Source: Pachysolen tannophilus NRRL Y-2460 (Eukaryota). Taken from it: DNA of 64,000 nucleotides. The stretch covers positions 1,042,924 to 1,106,923 of the forward strand of contig KV454015.1 of NCBI GenBank assembly GCA_001661245.1. The letters run 5' to 3'. This document shows positions 10,982 to 22,002 of this stretch, one piece after another (positions within the stretch are counted from its first letter, which is position 1; the number at the start of each line of letters is the position of its first letter). A program made the position numbers and the translations under genes. The notes under the pieces are model-generated. The model made no database searches, was not told the origin of the DNA, and saw only the letters and a program-made list of their open reading frames with translations.

Positions 10982-12942
10982 CTAATCTTCTAAGTTCTCG
11001 ATCATGCCTCTTTCCTGAGCAATAATTTTCAAAGCCAATAATCTAGAATAATATCTAACAATAGTTAAATTTCCACCCAGATACCAAAAATTTGGATGTC
11101 CTGAATACCTATAGATAGCTCTAAATTCTCCTTCGTTATCCAACCCCCAAATTTCATTCAATTTACTGGCAACTTTTTCTCCAAAAATTTTTTCAGCTGT
11201 ATTTCTCATATTAGAGTAACCAGTGGCTAAGACAACAATTGAAACGTTATCGATACGTGAACCATCTTTGAATATGACGCCATCTTCAGTAAATCTTTCA
11301 ACTTCGACACCTTGTTTAACACGAATTTTACCGTCCGCAACTAACTTAGAAGCACCAACATCAATGCAGTAACCACCACCTCTTCTAAAATATTTACCGT
11401 ACATACCGGTACCTGCATATCCAGAATCTAGTTTGAATCCTTTTGCAGTTAATTTCTGAATCATATCTTTCTCCAAGGTACAAGCTCTCCTAAAATGTTG
11501 TTGATGAACCAAATTCATTAACTTATAAGGCATTGACATAGCAATCATATCTGCAGTTTCTGTTTTTGGACCTTCTTGATCATATACGCCCGCAAGACTA
11601 ACCTTGGCACCTTTTTCAGCGTTAATGATACATGTTGAAGATCTTTGAACCATGGTAACTGTTGCACCTTGCTCGTAGAAATCTTGAGCAATATCGTGTG
11701 CAGAATTGCACGAGCCAACCACAATAGCATTTTCACCATTGTATTCTTTACCTGTAGAATGTTGAGATGAATGAACAATTTTACCTTTAAATTTGTCCTC
11801 ACCTTTAAAATGTGGGATATTTGGTTCACCAGAGTGACCAGTAGCCATGACTAAATGTTTTGGTTTAAGAATTGATACCTCTTTAGAGTCATTATCAATG
11901 ATTTTAACTGTCCAGTTTTTTTTTCTTGATTGAACTCTGAACCTACAACTGTCTTATTGGTCCAATAATTCAATTCCAATGAATCTGCATAATTTTGAAA
12001 CCAATCACCCAATTTATCCTTTGGAGTATAAATTGGCCAAATTTCTGGGAAATTTAAATAAGCTAAATGATCTGCCCAAACTGGATCATGTAAAACTAAA
12101 AATGAATATCTTTTTCTCCAATTATCACCAATTCTTTGATTTCTTTCAATAATCAAAGAATCTAAACCCATAACTTTTAAACGAGCAGAAACACTAAGAC
12201 CAGCTTGACCACCTCCAATGACCAAGACAGTTGGTTGTTTATCACCACCGTATTCAAACGATTTCTTTCTTCTTTCCAACCAAGAAACTCTACCGACATG
12301 TTGACCATGGTTTACACCTAATGGTCTTCTTTCACCAAGTTGTTGTTCATTACCATATAATTCATCCAAAGTAGTGAATATAGTGAAAAGCCTAAGACCG
12401 CCGTTAAATTCCGAATCTTTCTCATCACTAGAAACCAATCTTAAAAGACCTCTACCTGTCCCATATTTTGTTTTAAATTTGATATAAACTTGAACCCATT
12501 CAATTGGGACTGGGTTATGATTTGAAGGATGATGAACCGTTTGTAAAGAGACACCAGTAGGGAATCTGTAATCAGCATCTTTATCAATTTCAATATTTGA
12601 AAGATCAAAATTTGGTACTCTTTCAGTTAAATTGGACTTTATTTTTTCTAAACCATACCATTGATGGAATGTCCATGAAAGACACATATGATCTTTCCAT
12701 GCTGAATGAGATGCAATTAACTTATCCAAATTATTAAAATTACGATTTTTAATAACATCTTTAAATTCGGAAAGCCAAATATTGGCAATTGGAAGTAAAT
12801 TATTCTCTTTAAGAATTTTTGGATTTGGAGTTAAATTCCCATAAACTTTAGACAGAGGAATATCATTTTCATTAGGACCATAAGTCAATGGTGGATTAAC
12901 CATATCGGCCATATCAAACATATTTTCAACCACTGCTGGCAT
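10982..12942 (-). CDS. Flavin-containing monooxygenase (type II FMO-like, long N-terminal extension), interrupted by one frameshift at 11916-11924
   Basis: Two track ORFs carry successive parts of one FMO: VIGGGQAG (FAD), GDNWRKRY, ATGHSGEP, F.GKIVHSSQH, VVGSCNSAHDI (NADPH), ATGY. Adding one A to an A9 run restores EKKNWTVKII...KHLVMATG. Confidence 0.85.
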
Positions 12943-13836
12943 TTTGAAGAAACAATACAACAAATTGAAATTTTAAAAATAAAAATTTTATAATAGAAAA
13001 AACGGGTGTGTCAATTGATAATAGAACAACAATTGGTACAATTCATTCTACCACATAAGAAAATATCGTCAATTCTTCTGATATTTATAATTACTAGTCT
13101 GTAATGGCAAGAAAAGGGGTAGTCTATCCATTTATCCATTTCGATCAAAAAGCATTAGATTTTGGAGTATTTTGGAGTAATTACTCACATGGAGTAATTA
13201 CACGAAACAAACATAAACCCCAAAAAACAATTAAAGCATTCAAATAATAACTACAAAGACTTAATTAAAAAAAAAAATAATAATTAACTTCCCCATCAAG
13301 AGTGGTTTAAGTTTTAAATTGTTTACCATTTCTAATAATTATGGGTGGGTTTTAAAATCCTGCGGAGAAGCAAGCATACATATATTATTCATGCAGATTA
13401 ATTTTTTATACCCACTTTAACTTGACATCTTATAGTATCTTTATCATATTGATTCTTAATTTTTTTTGCTTTTACTACCTTGATTTTAAAGCTTACACTA
13501 TATTTTGACTTCAATTATAAGTTACTTCATAGATCATTAATTTATTTATAAACTAGTCATGTTTTAAATACTCTCCCCCAATATGCGTTTTAAAGTTTCT
13601 TGAAACATGACGAAAATCTTTACATTGTTTTACACTTACTCAAAAACTATCTATCAACTAGACAAAAAATTTATTTTTTCATTTTTTTTTTTATATTCAA
13701 TAAACTAAGCACATAAATTAAAATCTTTATAATCTACTCCTAGATAAGCAAGCGATGAGCCATGTACTAAACTCTTTAATTAGTTAATCTCGCTATCTTC
13801 TTCATCACCAGTCTTTTCTCACTAAAAAAAAAAGGC

Positions 13837-14598
13837 AAAAAAACCCAAAACAAAAAGTCGTGCGTTTGGGCACAAAATATTTTGAAAATTGCCCAATTGA
13901 TAAACAATAATTAAAAGATGATAATTTGTAAAGAAGCCATAATTAATACTATTAATTTTTTTAATTTTTTTCTTTTTTTTTATCTTTTAAATTTTGAATC
14001 TTTAATCTTTTGAATCCATTGGCAATTATTGTCATATAATAGAGGTTTAGATTCTATTTCATAGAGAAAGACAAGGTTATATATTAAATTGAAAAAAAGT
14101 TTTTTTTTATTTTTTTTNNNNNNNNNNNNNNNNNNNNNNNNNNNNNNNNNNNNNNNNNNNNNNNNNNNNNNNNNNNNNNNNNNNNNNNNNNNNNNNNNNN
14201 NNNNNNNNNNNNNNNNNNNNNNNNNNNNNNNNNNNNNNNNNNNNNNNNNNNNNNNNNNNNNNNNNNNNNNNNNNNNNNNNNNNNNNNNNNNNNNNNNNNN
14301 NNNNNNNNNAAAAAACCCAAAAACAAAAAGTCGTGCGTTTGGGCACAAAATATTTTGAAAATTGCCCAATTGATAAAACAATAAATTAAAAGATGATAAT
14401 TTGTAAAGAAGCCATAATTAATACTATTAATTTTTTAATTTTTTTTCTTTTTTTTTTATTCTTTTAAATTTTGAATCTTTAATCTTTTGAATCCATTGGC
14501 AATTATTGTCATATAATAGAGGTTTAGATTCTATTTCATAGAGAAAGACAAGGTTATATATTAAATTAGTAAAAAAGTTTTTTTATTTTTTTTTTTTT
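13837..14598. repeat. ~280-bp direct duplication on either side of scaffold gap 14118-14309 (probable overlapping contig ends)
   Basis: 13837-14117 and 14310-~14598 are near-identical and differ mainly in homopolymer lengths. Confidence 0.85.
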
Positions 14599-14639
14599 GT
14601 TTGATTGATTGATTGTTTGTTTGTTTTTTCTAAAATAAT

Positions 14640-17600
14640 ATGATTCAACGTAAGTAATAGAAATACATAATTTTTTATTTTTACTTTTATAATTTTTGTT
14701 CAATCGTTTAAATATGAATTGATGTTAACATTGTGATTTCAAAAAAAATTTTTTTTTTTCCTTTTTCTGATTATAGCTAATTTACGTCAATCATTGACAC
14801 AAGAAGAACAAAAGATATATGGCCAATTATTTAAATCATTAGATCCTGAAGGTTTAGGTATTGTTACCGGGGAAGCCGCCAGATCCACTTTCGAGAAATC
14901 AGGGTTATCGCCAGCGGTATTGGGTGAGATTTGGCAAGTTGCAGATACTGAGAATAATGGGTTTTTGTCTCAATTTGGATTTAGTGTTGCAATGAGATTA
15001 ATAGGTCAAGTTCAACATACAGGTGCTTCGCCTAGTTTTGAATTAGCTCAAAACGCCGGTCCATTACCTAAGTTCCAAAGTTTACCATCTATATCACAGC
15101 TTAATGTTGGTAGTAGAGTTCCTTCTATACAAGCTGCACCTTCTTTGGGTGCATCACCACCTCAGCCAAATTTACCAGTTAATGCAGTTTTACCGCCATT
15201 GACTTCTCAAGATGTTATAAAATTCGGTCAATTATATGATCGTACAGCAAATAATGGTGTATTGGATGGTTCTCAAGCAAAAAGTATTTTTATAAAAGCA
15301 AAACTTCCAACTAGTGTGTTGGGTCAAATTTGGAATCTTGTTGATGAACAAAATCTGGGACAATTAACTAGACCAGAGTTTATCGTTGCTATGTATTTAA
15401 TTCAAAACACTTTGAATGGTTCCATAAAAAATTTACCACAAAGTATACCTACTGGTATATGGAATATTGCTCGAGGCGCATCTTCTAATTCATCTCCTCA
15501 AATTACAACAAGACTGCCAAGTTTAAGTCAACAAACAGGTAGATCGACAATAATTCCTACAAATCAATTGCAACTGAGAACTCCATCCCAATCTTCAGTT
15601 CAATCTGTTACATCATCTTCTGTTATTAATGATTGGGCAGTTTCTCCGCAATTGAAACAAGAATTTGATAAAATTTTTGATAACTTAGACACAAATCATA
15701 AAGGTGAATTAGGACCAACCGAGGTTGCTCAATATTTAATGACTTCAGGTTTACCTCAAGATATGTTAGCAGTCATATGGGATTTGGCAGATATACATAA
15801 TACAGGTGAATTTACTAAAAAAGAATTTAGTATTGCTTTATATTTAGTCAGAAAAAAATTACAAGGTCTGTCATTACCAGATGTTGTACCTGAAAGCTTA
15901 ATTGCTTCTGTTGGTATGTCACTTGATGTTAACCAATCATATCAACAACAACCTCAGCTGCCTCAATACAATCCAAAGTCTTCAATTGATGAATTGGCTG
16001 ATATTTTCTCTACACCTTCTCCAGTTACAAGTGCACCGGCTCCCCCAGCACCTAAATCAAGATTAACATCAACAGCTTCTAGTACTTCAAATCATACTAC
16101 AATAGTGAATCCGCTGTTAACTTCTTCTGTAACGGGTTCAAGAGCTGCATTTGTTCCATCTTCGAATTTTGGTCAAAAGATGGTTCTACAACAACAACAG
16201 AATGATGCAAATTCTAAAGAACCACCTTCTTTATTGCAAGAAAGTGAAGATAGTGGTGATGAAGAAGGTCCAATTCCTGCTGTTCCACTGAAAGAAAATC
16301 ATCAACCAACAATTCCGTCTCGTGAACAAAAACCACAATTTTCTGGCTCTGGATCAGCTCAAGGATCAAACTATGAAGTCTTTAGAAGTTTCAGTGAACA
16401 ACTGAATAATACCAGTGCTGGTTCCAGTGGTTCAGGTTCTTCTAAAACTTTCTCTAACCAACAATCATTACCTCAACAACTGCCAAATGTTAGTGATCGT
16501 CCACCTCCAGCTGTTGGTAACAAGGATTTATTAGCTGATGCTGATCCAGAAGTTTCTGGAAAATTATCACAAGCAACAACTGATATTGCAAATATTTCAA
16601 ATCAAATAAATTCACTTACATCTCAAACCACACAACTTAATGATAAAAGGGAGAGAGCAAGTAATGAATTAAAGAGAATTTTAGCTTTAAAAAATGATAT
16701 TGAAAGCAAGTTGACTAAATTGAGAGCATTGTATGATCAAGAAGTGAAACAGGTTCAAGAAGTCGAAACTGTTTTGATTAAATCGAAAAATGAAACTGAG
16801 GAATTGAGGAAAGAAGCATCATTGGTAGAGGCAAACTATCATGCTACTCAAGCAAAGTTACAAAACCTACAAATGCAATTTGAAGAAAGTCAAAAAGAAA
16901 ATCAATCTTTGAAGGAAAAATTAGGATTGGCTAATGCTGAAAATATTGAATTGACCAACCAATATGAAAACTTGGTAAAACAATCAAAACAACAAGAAAG
17001 TTTATTGTCTGTTAGTCAGCAACAGGTTAACGTTATCGAAACGAAGAATTCTGAGTTGAGAAAACAATTAGATCTGAAAAACAAAGAAATTGATCTGTTG
17101 GAAAATAATAGAAGCGAAAATGATGCAAGATTGATGGCATTGAAGGCCGAGGGCCCAATGCTTGAAGCTGCTCTTTCGGCAGCCCTAGCTACTTTTAATG
17201 CTACCAAGTCGCTGATATCAAATTCAAAAAAGGATATTGAATTCCACGAACAGCAAAATGACCAATATAGGAAACAGTTAGAGAGTCATTCAGCTTCTGA
17301 TACTACTAATTCTAGGAACGTTGAAGAAGAGCCGGTTGATATTCTGAAAGAGGTTTCAACAGGAAAATCCGAAAATTTTTTTGGTGGCCTCAAGGAGGCA
17401 AAAGAAGCTATAGATACAGCTGAAGAACTGCAGTCCCAGGGTGAAAAAGAATCTACTGCTACCTCAGGTCAGCAACTGAATGTAATGAGAAGTCCGACTA
17501 ATACCACTGTTGCAGCTTCCGAAAAGGAGACCGCTACGACGGAAACCCCTGCAACTAGCTCACAGCTTGATGAGGAGGAGCAAGATCCTTCACTGAACCA

Positions 17601-18984
17601 GCAATACCCAAATATTAATTGGCAATCTATTAGGCCTGAGTCTGCTACTTCGAGTGTTCAAAATAATGCTCCGTTGTCAGTCAGAGGTGAGGACAATATT
17701 TCAGAAAAGGATTCATCATCCGCTTCTAGCATCGCAAATGAAGAGGAATCTCCACTGGCCCTTGGTACTGCGCAACAACTAGAACAAACTTCTAATGACT
17801 TTGTTGATGAAACAGTAGCAGATGTAAGTGCGCCAACTCTTACTACAACTGTACCTGAAGAAGGAAAAGAAATTGATTCTATCGTACAAAATGTTTCATC
17901 GAGTGGAGAATCATATGAATTTGTCAATCCTCATGATGTAGATGAAAGTGGAAATGCAGCAGCTGCACCAGGGGCTGTCGGTTCTTCAGCTGCTAGAACA
18001 TCAAGTGACGAATTATCAAAAGACTCCCTGAAGCCATCTTTAACGGAAAATAAAGATGACGCAAAGGATGTCAAGAAGGAAGGGGAAGAGTATTCGGGTG
18101 TTGTTATGCCTGGTGGCCTTCCTGGTGAATTCGGTAATTCTGAGGGCGAATCAGTAAAGAAATCGTCAGATGATATTGTTGAGGGCACATCTACTACTTC
18201 AAGTAAGAGTCGGGTCACTTCTAAAAAGGACGACGAGGAGTTCCCTCCTATTAAGGAATTAGATTATCCTGAGAGTGATTCATCTGACGATGATGACCAA
18301 GAATTCCATGATAGTAAATTACCTGATGTTCAAAAGGTATCAGGTCAGTCACAAGTTGCTGTTGATCAGGTAAATAGTGCTACATTTGCCCCACAAACTT
18401 CAAGGCATTCCCAGGAAATAGTAGCTGATGATTTTTTCAATAATAAGGATTTTGAAGATTTGCAACCAGCTGTACAAACACAAGATGACGGTTTCCAGGA
18501 TAAATTTGAAGGTCTCCAAGAAGCACAAATTGAAAATGAAGACTTTAAGTTTAGTCCTGAAGCTGAACCACCTGCCACCACTGCATTTGATAATCAGTTT
18601 TTTGGATCATCAACTAGTGATGCGAATGCTTTACAGTCGCCTGGTGCGTTCGATGCATTTAACGAATTAGAGCCTGCCGTAAACGAAGAAAACAATGATG
18701 AATGGGAACAGTTGTTTGCTGGATTTGGCAATGCTCCACGCGACGGAAAACTACCACAACAATCTCAACAATCTCAAGAACCACAACTGGCTCAACTGCC
18801 TCCACATTCACAGAGTAGAACACTGTCACACTCAAAAATTGTGACCGGAGCACTGAATGCCCATGATTTGGCAATTCAGGAATTGGTTGGTATGGGATTT
18901 ACAGAAGACGCTGCGTTGAACGCTTTGAAACAGGAGAACTGGAATCTAGAGAACGCTACGAATTATTTGTTAGACAATGCTTGA
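14640..18984 (+). CDS. EDE1: EH-domain endocytic scaffold (3 EH domains, coiled coil, UBA); exons 14640-14649 and 14777-18984
   Basis: ATG ATT CAA C|GTAAGT..TGTTAAC..TAG|CT AAT joins in frame. Three EH repeats (LGEIWQVAD, LGQIWNLVD, LAVIWDLAD) and a C-terminal UBA (QELVGMGF...NWNLENATNYLL). Confidence 0.93.
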
Positions 18985-19401
18985 GACGAGTTAATTTAAG
19001 CCATGATCAGTTTTATCCATTCAAGTGGATTTGGAGAAAAATTTTTTTTTTTTTACTACAGGAATCTCATTATTTTTTTGTCCTTCTATTTTTTATTTTA
19101 TATACAAATATTTGTCTCACATACTTTTAATCATTTATCTTTATCTTGAGAAAATACAATGAAATCCCCATTATTGAACGTAGTTTCTGAAATAATTGTC
19201 GTCGTCACCAGGTTTTCACTTCCAGTATTAACATATTTCCAATGAAAACTTCCTTTTTGGGAAATTTATATTTATTTCTTTATTCGGAAGTCTGCATTAC
19301 TTGACTAGCCATTGAGTAATAGAAAGTTGAGGAGAGATATCTATTGACTGATAAGAGTATGTTCTTTATGTTAAAGATAGCATTAGGGTTTGATTATTGT
19401 T

Positions 19402-21411
19402 ATGGGTTTAAGCAATAGAGGAAGGTCTAAAACTACGTCTCCAAATTCAAGCTCAAGGCTTAAATCTATATCGCCTTTGGGTAGGAAAAGGTCGAAATCA
19501 ATAAATAATTTAAATGGAGCGGCTGGTGGTAATAACAACGTAAACAACATAAATCTTTGGAAACTTCTTTTACTGGAATTGAATGTTACAAGTCTATATA
19601 GTGGGAATAAGGATGATAAGGTACCCATTGTGAATAATGATTCTGCAAATCTGTCGATGCAACAGGTTGTGAATGCTATTAAGATCCCGATTTATTTGGA
19701 AAGTGTTATGTTGTATGGCTTGTTATATTGTTTGAATTCGTTTTTGACGTTGTTTATAATTATGCCAATACGCCTTACTATTAATACAGTTTTGATTGGA
19801 AGAGCTTTTTTCACAGCAAAGAGAGGAACGAGTTTAAACTTTAGGTTTTGTCAAAAGGATTATATTTACTTTGTTTTATTAGTTTGTTCTTTGCTAATTA
19901 TTAGAAATTTGGATACATCTAAAATTTATCACAATATTAGAATAGGTACTGCAATTAAATTATATGTTATGGTTGGTGTATTGGAAGTGTTGGACAAGTT
20001 ACTTTCCTCTATTGGTCAAGAGATTTTAAATATATTATTCAATATAAATTTATATCGCTATAGGGATTACATGAAATTTATTATTTTTTTGGTGCTGAGT
20101 TTGATATATTTATCATTCCATTCATATATATTTGTTTATCAGATTATGTCATTGAATGTTGCTATTAATTCATATTCCAACGCATTGTTAACTTTAATTC
20201 TCTCTGCACAATTTAGTGAAATTAAATCATCTGTTTTCAAGAAATTTGATAGAGAAGGATTATTTCAAATAACATTAGCTGATCTAACTGAAAGATTTCA
20301 CCTTTTCGTTATACTTTTCGTTATCTTACTACGGAATTTAAATACTAGTACCTCAAATAATGGAGTGGGGAGTGGTAATGATAGCGGAGTATACTTAAAA
20401 CCAAAGGCCTGGTATTCGAATTTGACTTACTCGTTATATTTAAATTATTGGATTGGTATTATAGTTGGTCCCACCTTTATAGTCATTGGATCAGAGATAT
20501 TGGTTGATTGGTTAAAGCATCTATATATTACCAAATTCAACAAAATTAAACCTTCAATCTATGAAAAATTTTTGAAAATATTAGCAATGGATTATATTAA
20601 TACTTACAAGAAGCTTTCATCTACTCATAATAACGAAGATGAAACGGCTCATATGTTTATTAATGACAATAATATAGATGAAATATTATTATGCAAAAGA
20701 ATTGGGTTACCGTTATTGACTATGGTGATTGTATTTTATAAGATGTCTGTAATCCCGATATTATCAACAACAATAATCACCACTTCAACCGATAACAGTG
20801 GTAAATACGACATAAGTGTATTTGGTATAATTTTAACGATTGTGTGTTTTGTCTTATTGTTGTTTATCAGATTAATACTTTCACTAATATTGTTAAAATG
20901 GTCGAATGCTACTATCAAGAGATCTCATCTGCAACAACAGCAGCTGTACAAGTCTGCTGTAATAGGGAACAATAATAATCCTAATAATTCTAGTGCTGTT
21001 CTTCCGCAACATTTCATGTTTAATGATTTTGTTCCTGGAGAACCCAACACTTCCCTGTGTGGAGATTTGAGTCCAACAGAACGTAAGAATTTATATGATG
21101 TGAATGAGACAGTTCCTCTTTCTCAAGAAGAGTTTAGAAATAAATCAATTTTAAGAAATTACAATAAGAGAAGACATGAACAACATAAAAAACAACTGAA
21201 GGATAAATTAAAAAGTTTTTCCATTGAATTTGAGAACGAAGATGGTGATTCAAAGGGAAATGAAGGTAAAGGAGATAAGGATTCTTCTCCTACAAAGCCT
21301 TCTTCATCAAGAGGTAATCTTGGAAGTAATGGTGGTTTTGTAGATGAAGATAAATTCGATGAATTAAATTCTGTGATGAGATATGAAATGAATTCTAAAA
21401 GAATATGGTGA
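19402..21411 (+). CDS. EMP65: ER membrane protein Emp65/TAPT1 family
   Basis: DTSKIYHNIR, KLYVM.GVLEV.DKL, LNVAINSYSNALLTL..S.QFSEIKSSVFKKF and GSEILVDWLKH.YITKFN motifs. First ATG at 19402. Confidence 0.9.
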   Translation: MGLSNRGRSKTTSPNSSSRLKSISPLGRKRSKSINNLNGAAGGNNNVNNINLWKLLLLELNVTSLYSGNKDDKVPIVNNDSANLSMQQVVNAIKIPIYLESVMLYGLLYCLNSFLTLFIIMPIRLTINTVLIGRAFFTAKRGTSLNFRFCQKDYIYFVLLVCSLLIIRNLDTSKIYHNIRIGTAIKLYVMVGVLEVLDKLLSSIGQEILNILFNINLYRYRDYMKFIIFLVLSLIYLSFHSYIFVYQIMSLNVAINSYSNALLTLILSAQFSEIKSSVFKKFDREGLFQITLADLTERFHLFVILFVILLRNLNTSTSNNGVGSGNDSGVYLKPKAWYSNLTYSLYLNYWIGIIVGPTFIVIGSEILVDWLKHLYITKFNKIKPSIYEKFLKILAMDYINTYKKLSSTHNNEDETAHMFINDNNIDEILLCKRIGLPLLTMVIVFYKMSVIPILSTTIITTSTDNSGKYDISVFGIILTIVCFVLLLFIRLILSLILLKWSNATIKRSHLQQQQLYKSAVIGNNNNPNNSSAVLPQHFMFNDFVPGEPNTSLCGDLSPTERKNLYDVNETVPLSQEEFRNKSILRNYNKRRHEQHKKQLKDKLKSFSIEFENEDGDSKGNEGKGDKDSSPTKPSSSRGNLGSNGGFVDEDKFDELNSVMRYEMNSKRIW

Positions 21412-22002
21412 TTGAATACTTGAATTGTTTGAAAATTTTTTTTTTTGTATATCGATCAGTTTATTTATTATATTATTTTTGGTCTCAAAACATTTTTGTT
21501 TCCCTAGTAAAAAAACGCGTTGCGTTAACATACAACAACTTTTTTAAATATTTTCAATCTAATTTTGTTAATAGTACGAATTTTTTTAGTTAAATTGTAA
21601 TTTTTAGTTTCAAAAAGTACAGCTAAAATTTATAATGAGGCTCCCATGAATTATAGTTCTCAAATATGGCTAGCTAAGAATAAAAATAATTGGATAAAAC
21701 AAATTTGGTTGGGTTATAATAAACAAAATTTTTGATACAAAAAAAAAAAAAAAAAGTATGAAAAAGAGGGCATAGAGAATATAACATATAAAATCAAGAA
21801 AAAATATATGAACAAAAAAAAAAACAAAAATATAAAAATAAAAAAAAAAATGAAACAAGGCCAAGGAGATCTACTCTCTTAAAACTTTAATCGAAAGAAG
21901 AGAGGAAGATAGAAAGAAATAACAGAAATTCAAAACGGAAAAATTTACACAATTGATAATAATAATACAAAAATAGACGAATTTGAAAAACGATAATTTG
22001 CT

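Noticed and set aside
13837..14598. ~280-bp direct repeat that could be read as an LTR pair or tandem duplication
   Set aside because: The copies abut an N gap, differ mainly at homopolymers and lack TG..CA ends or a target-site duplication; best explained as overlapping contig ends.
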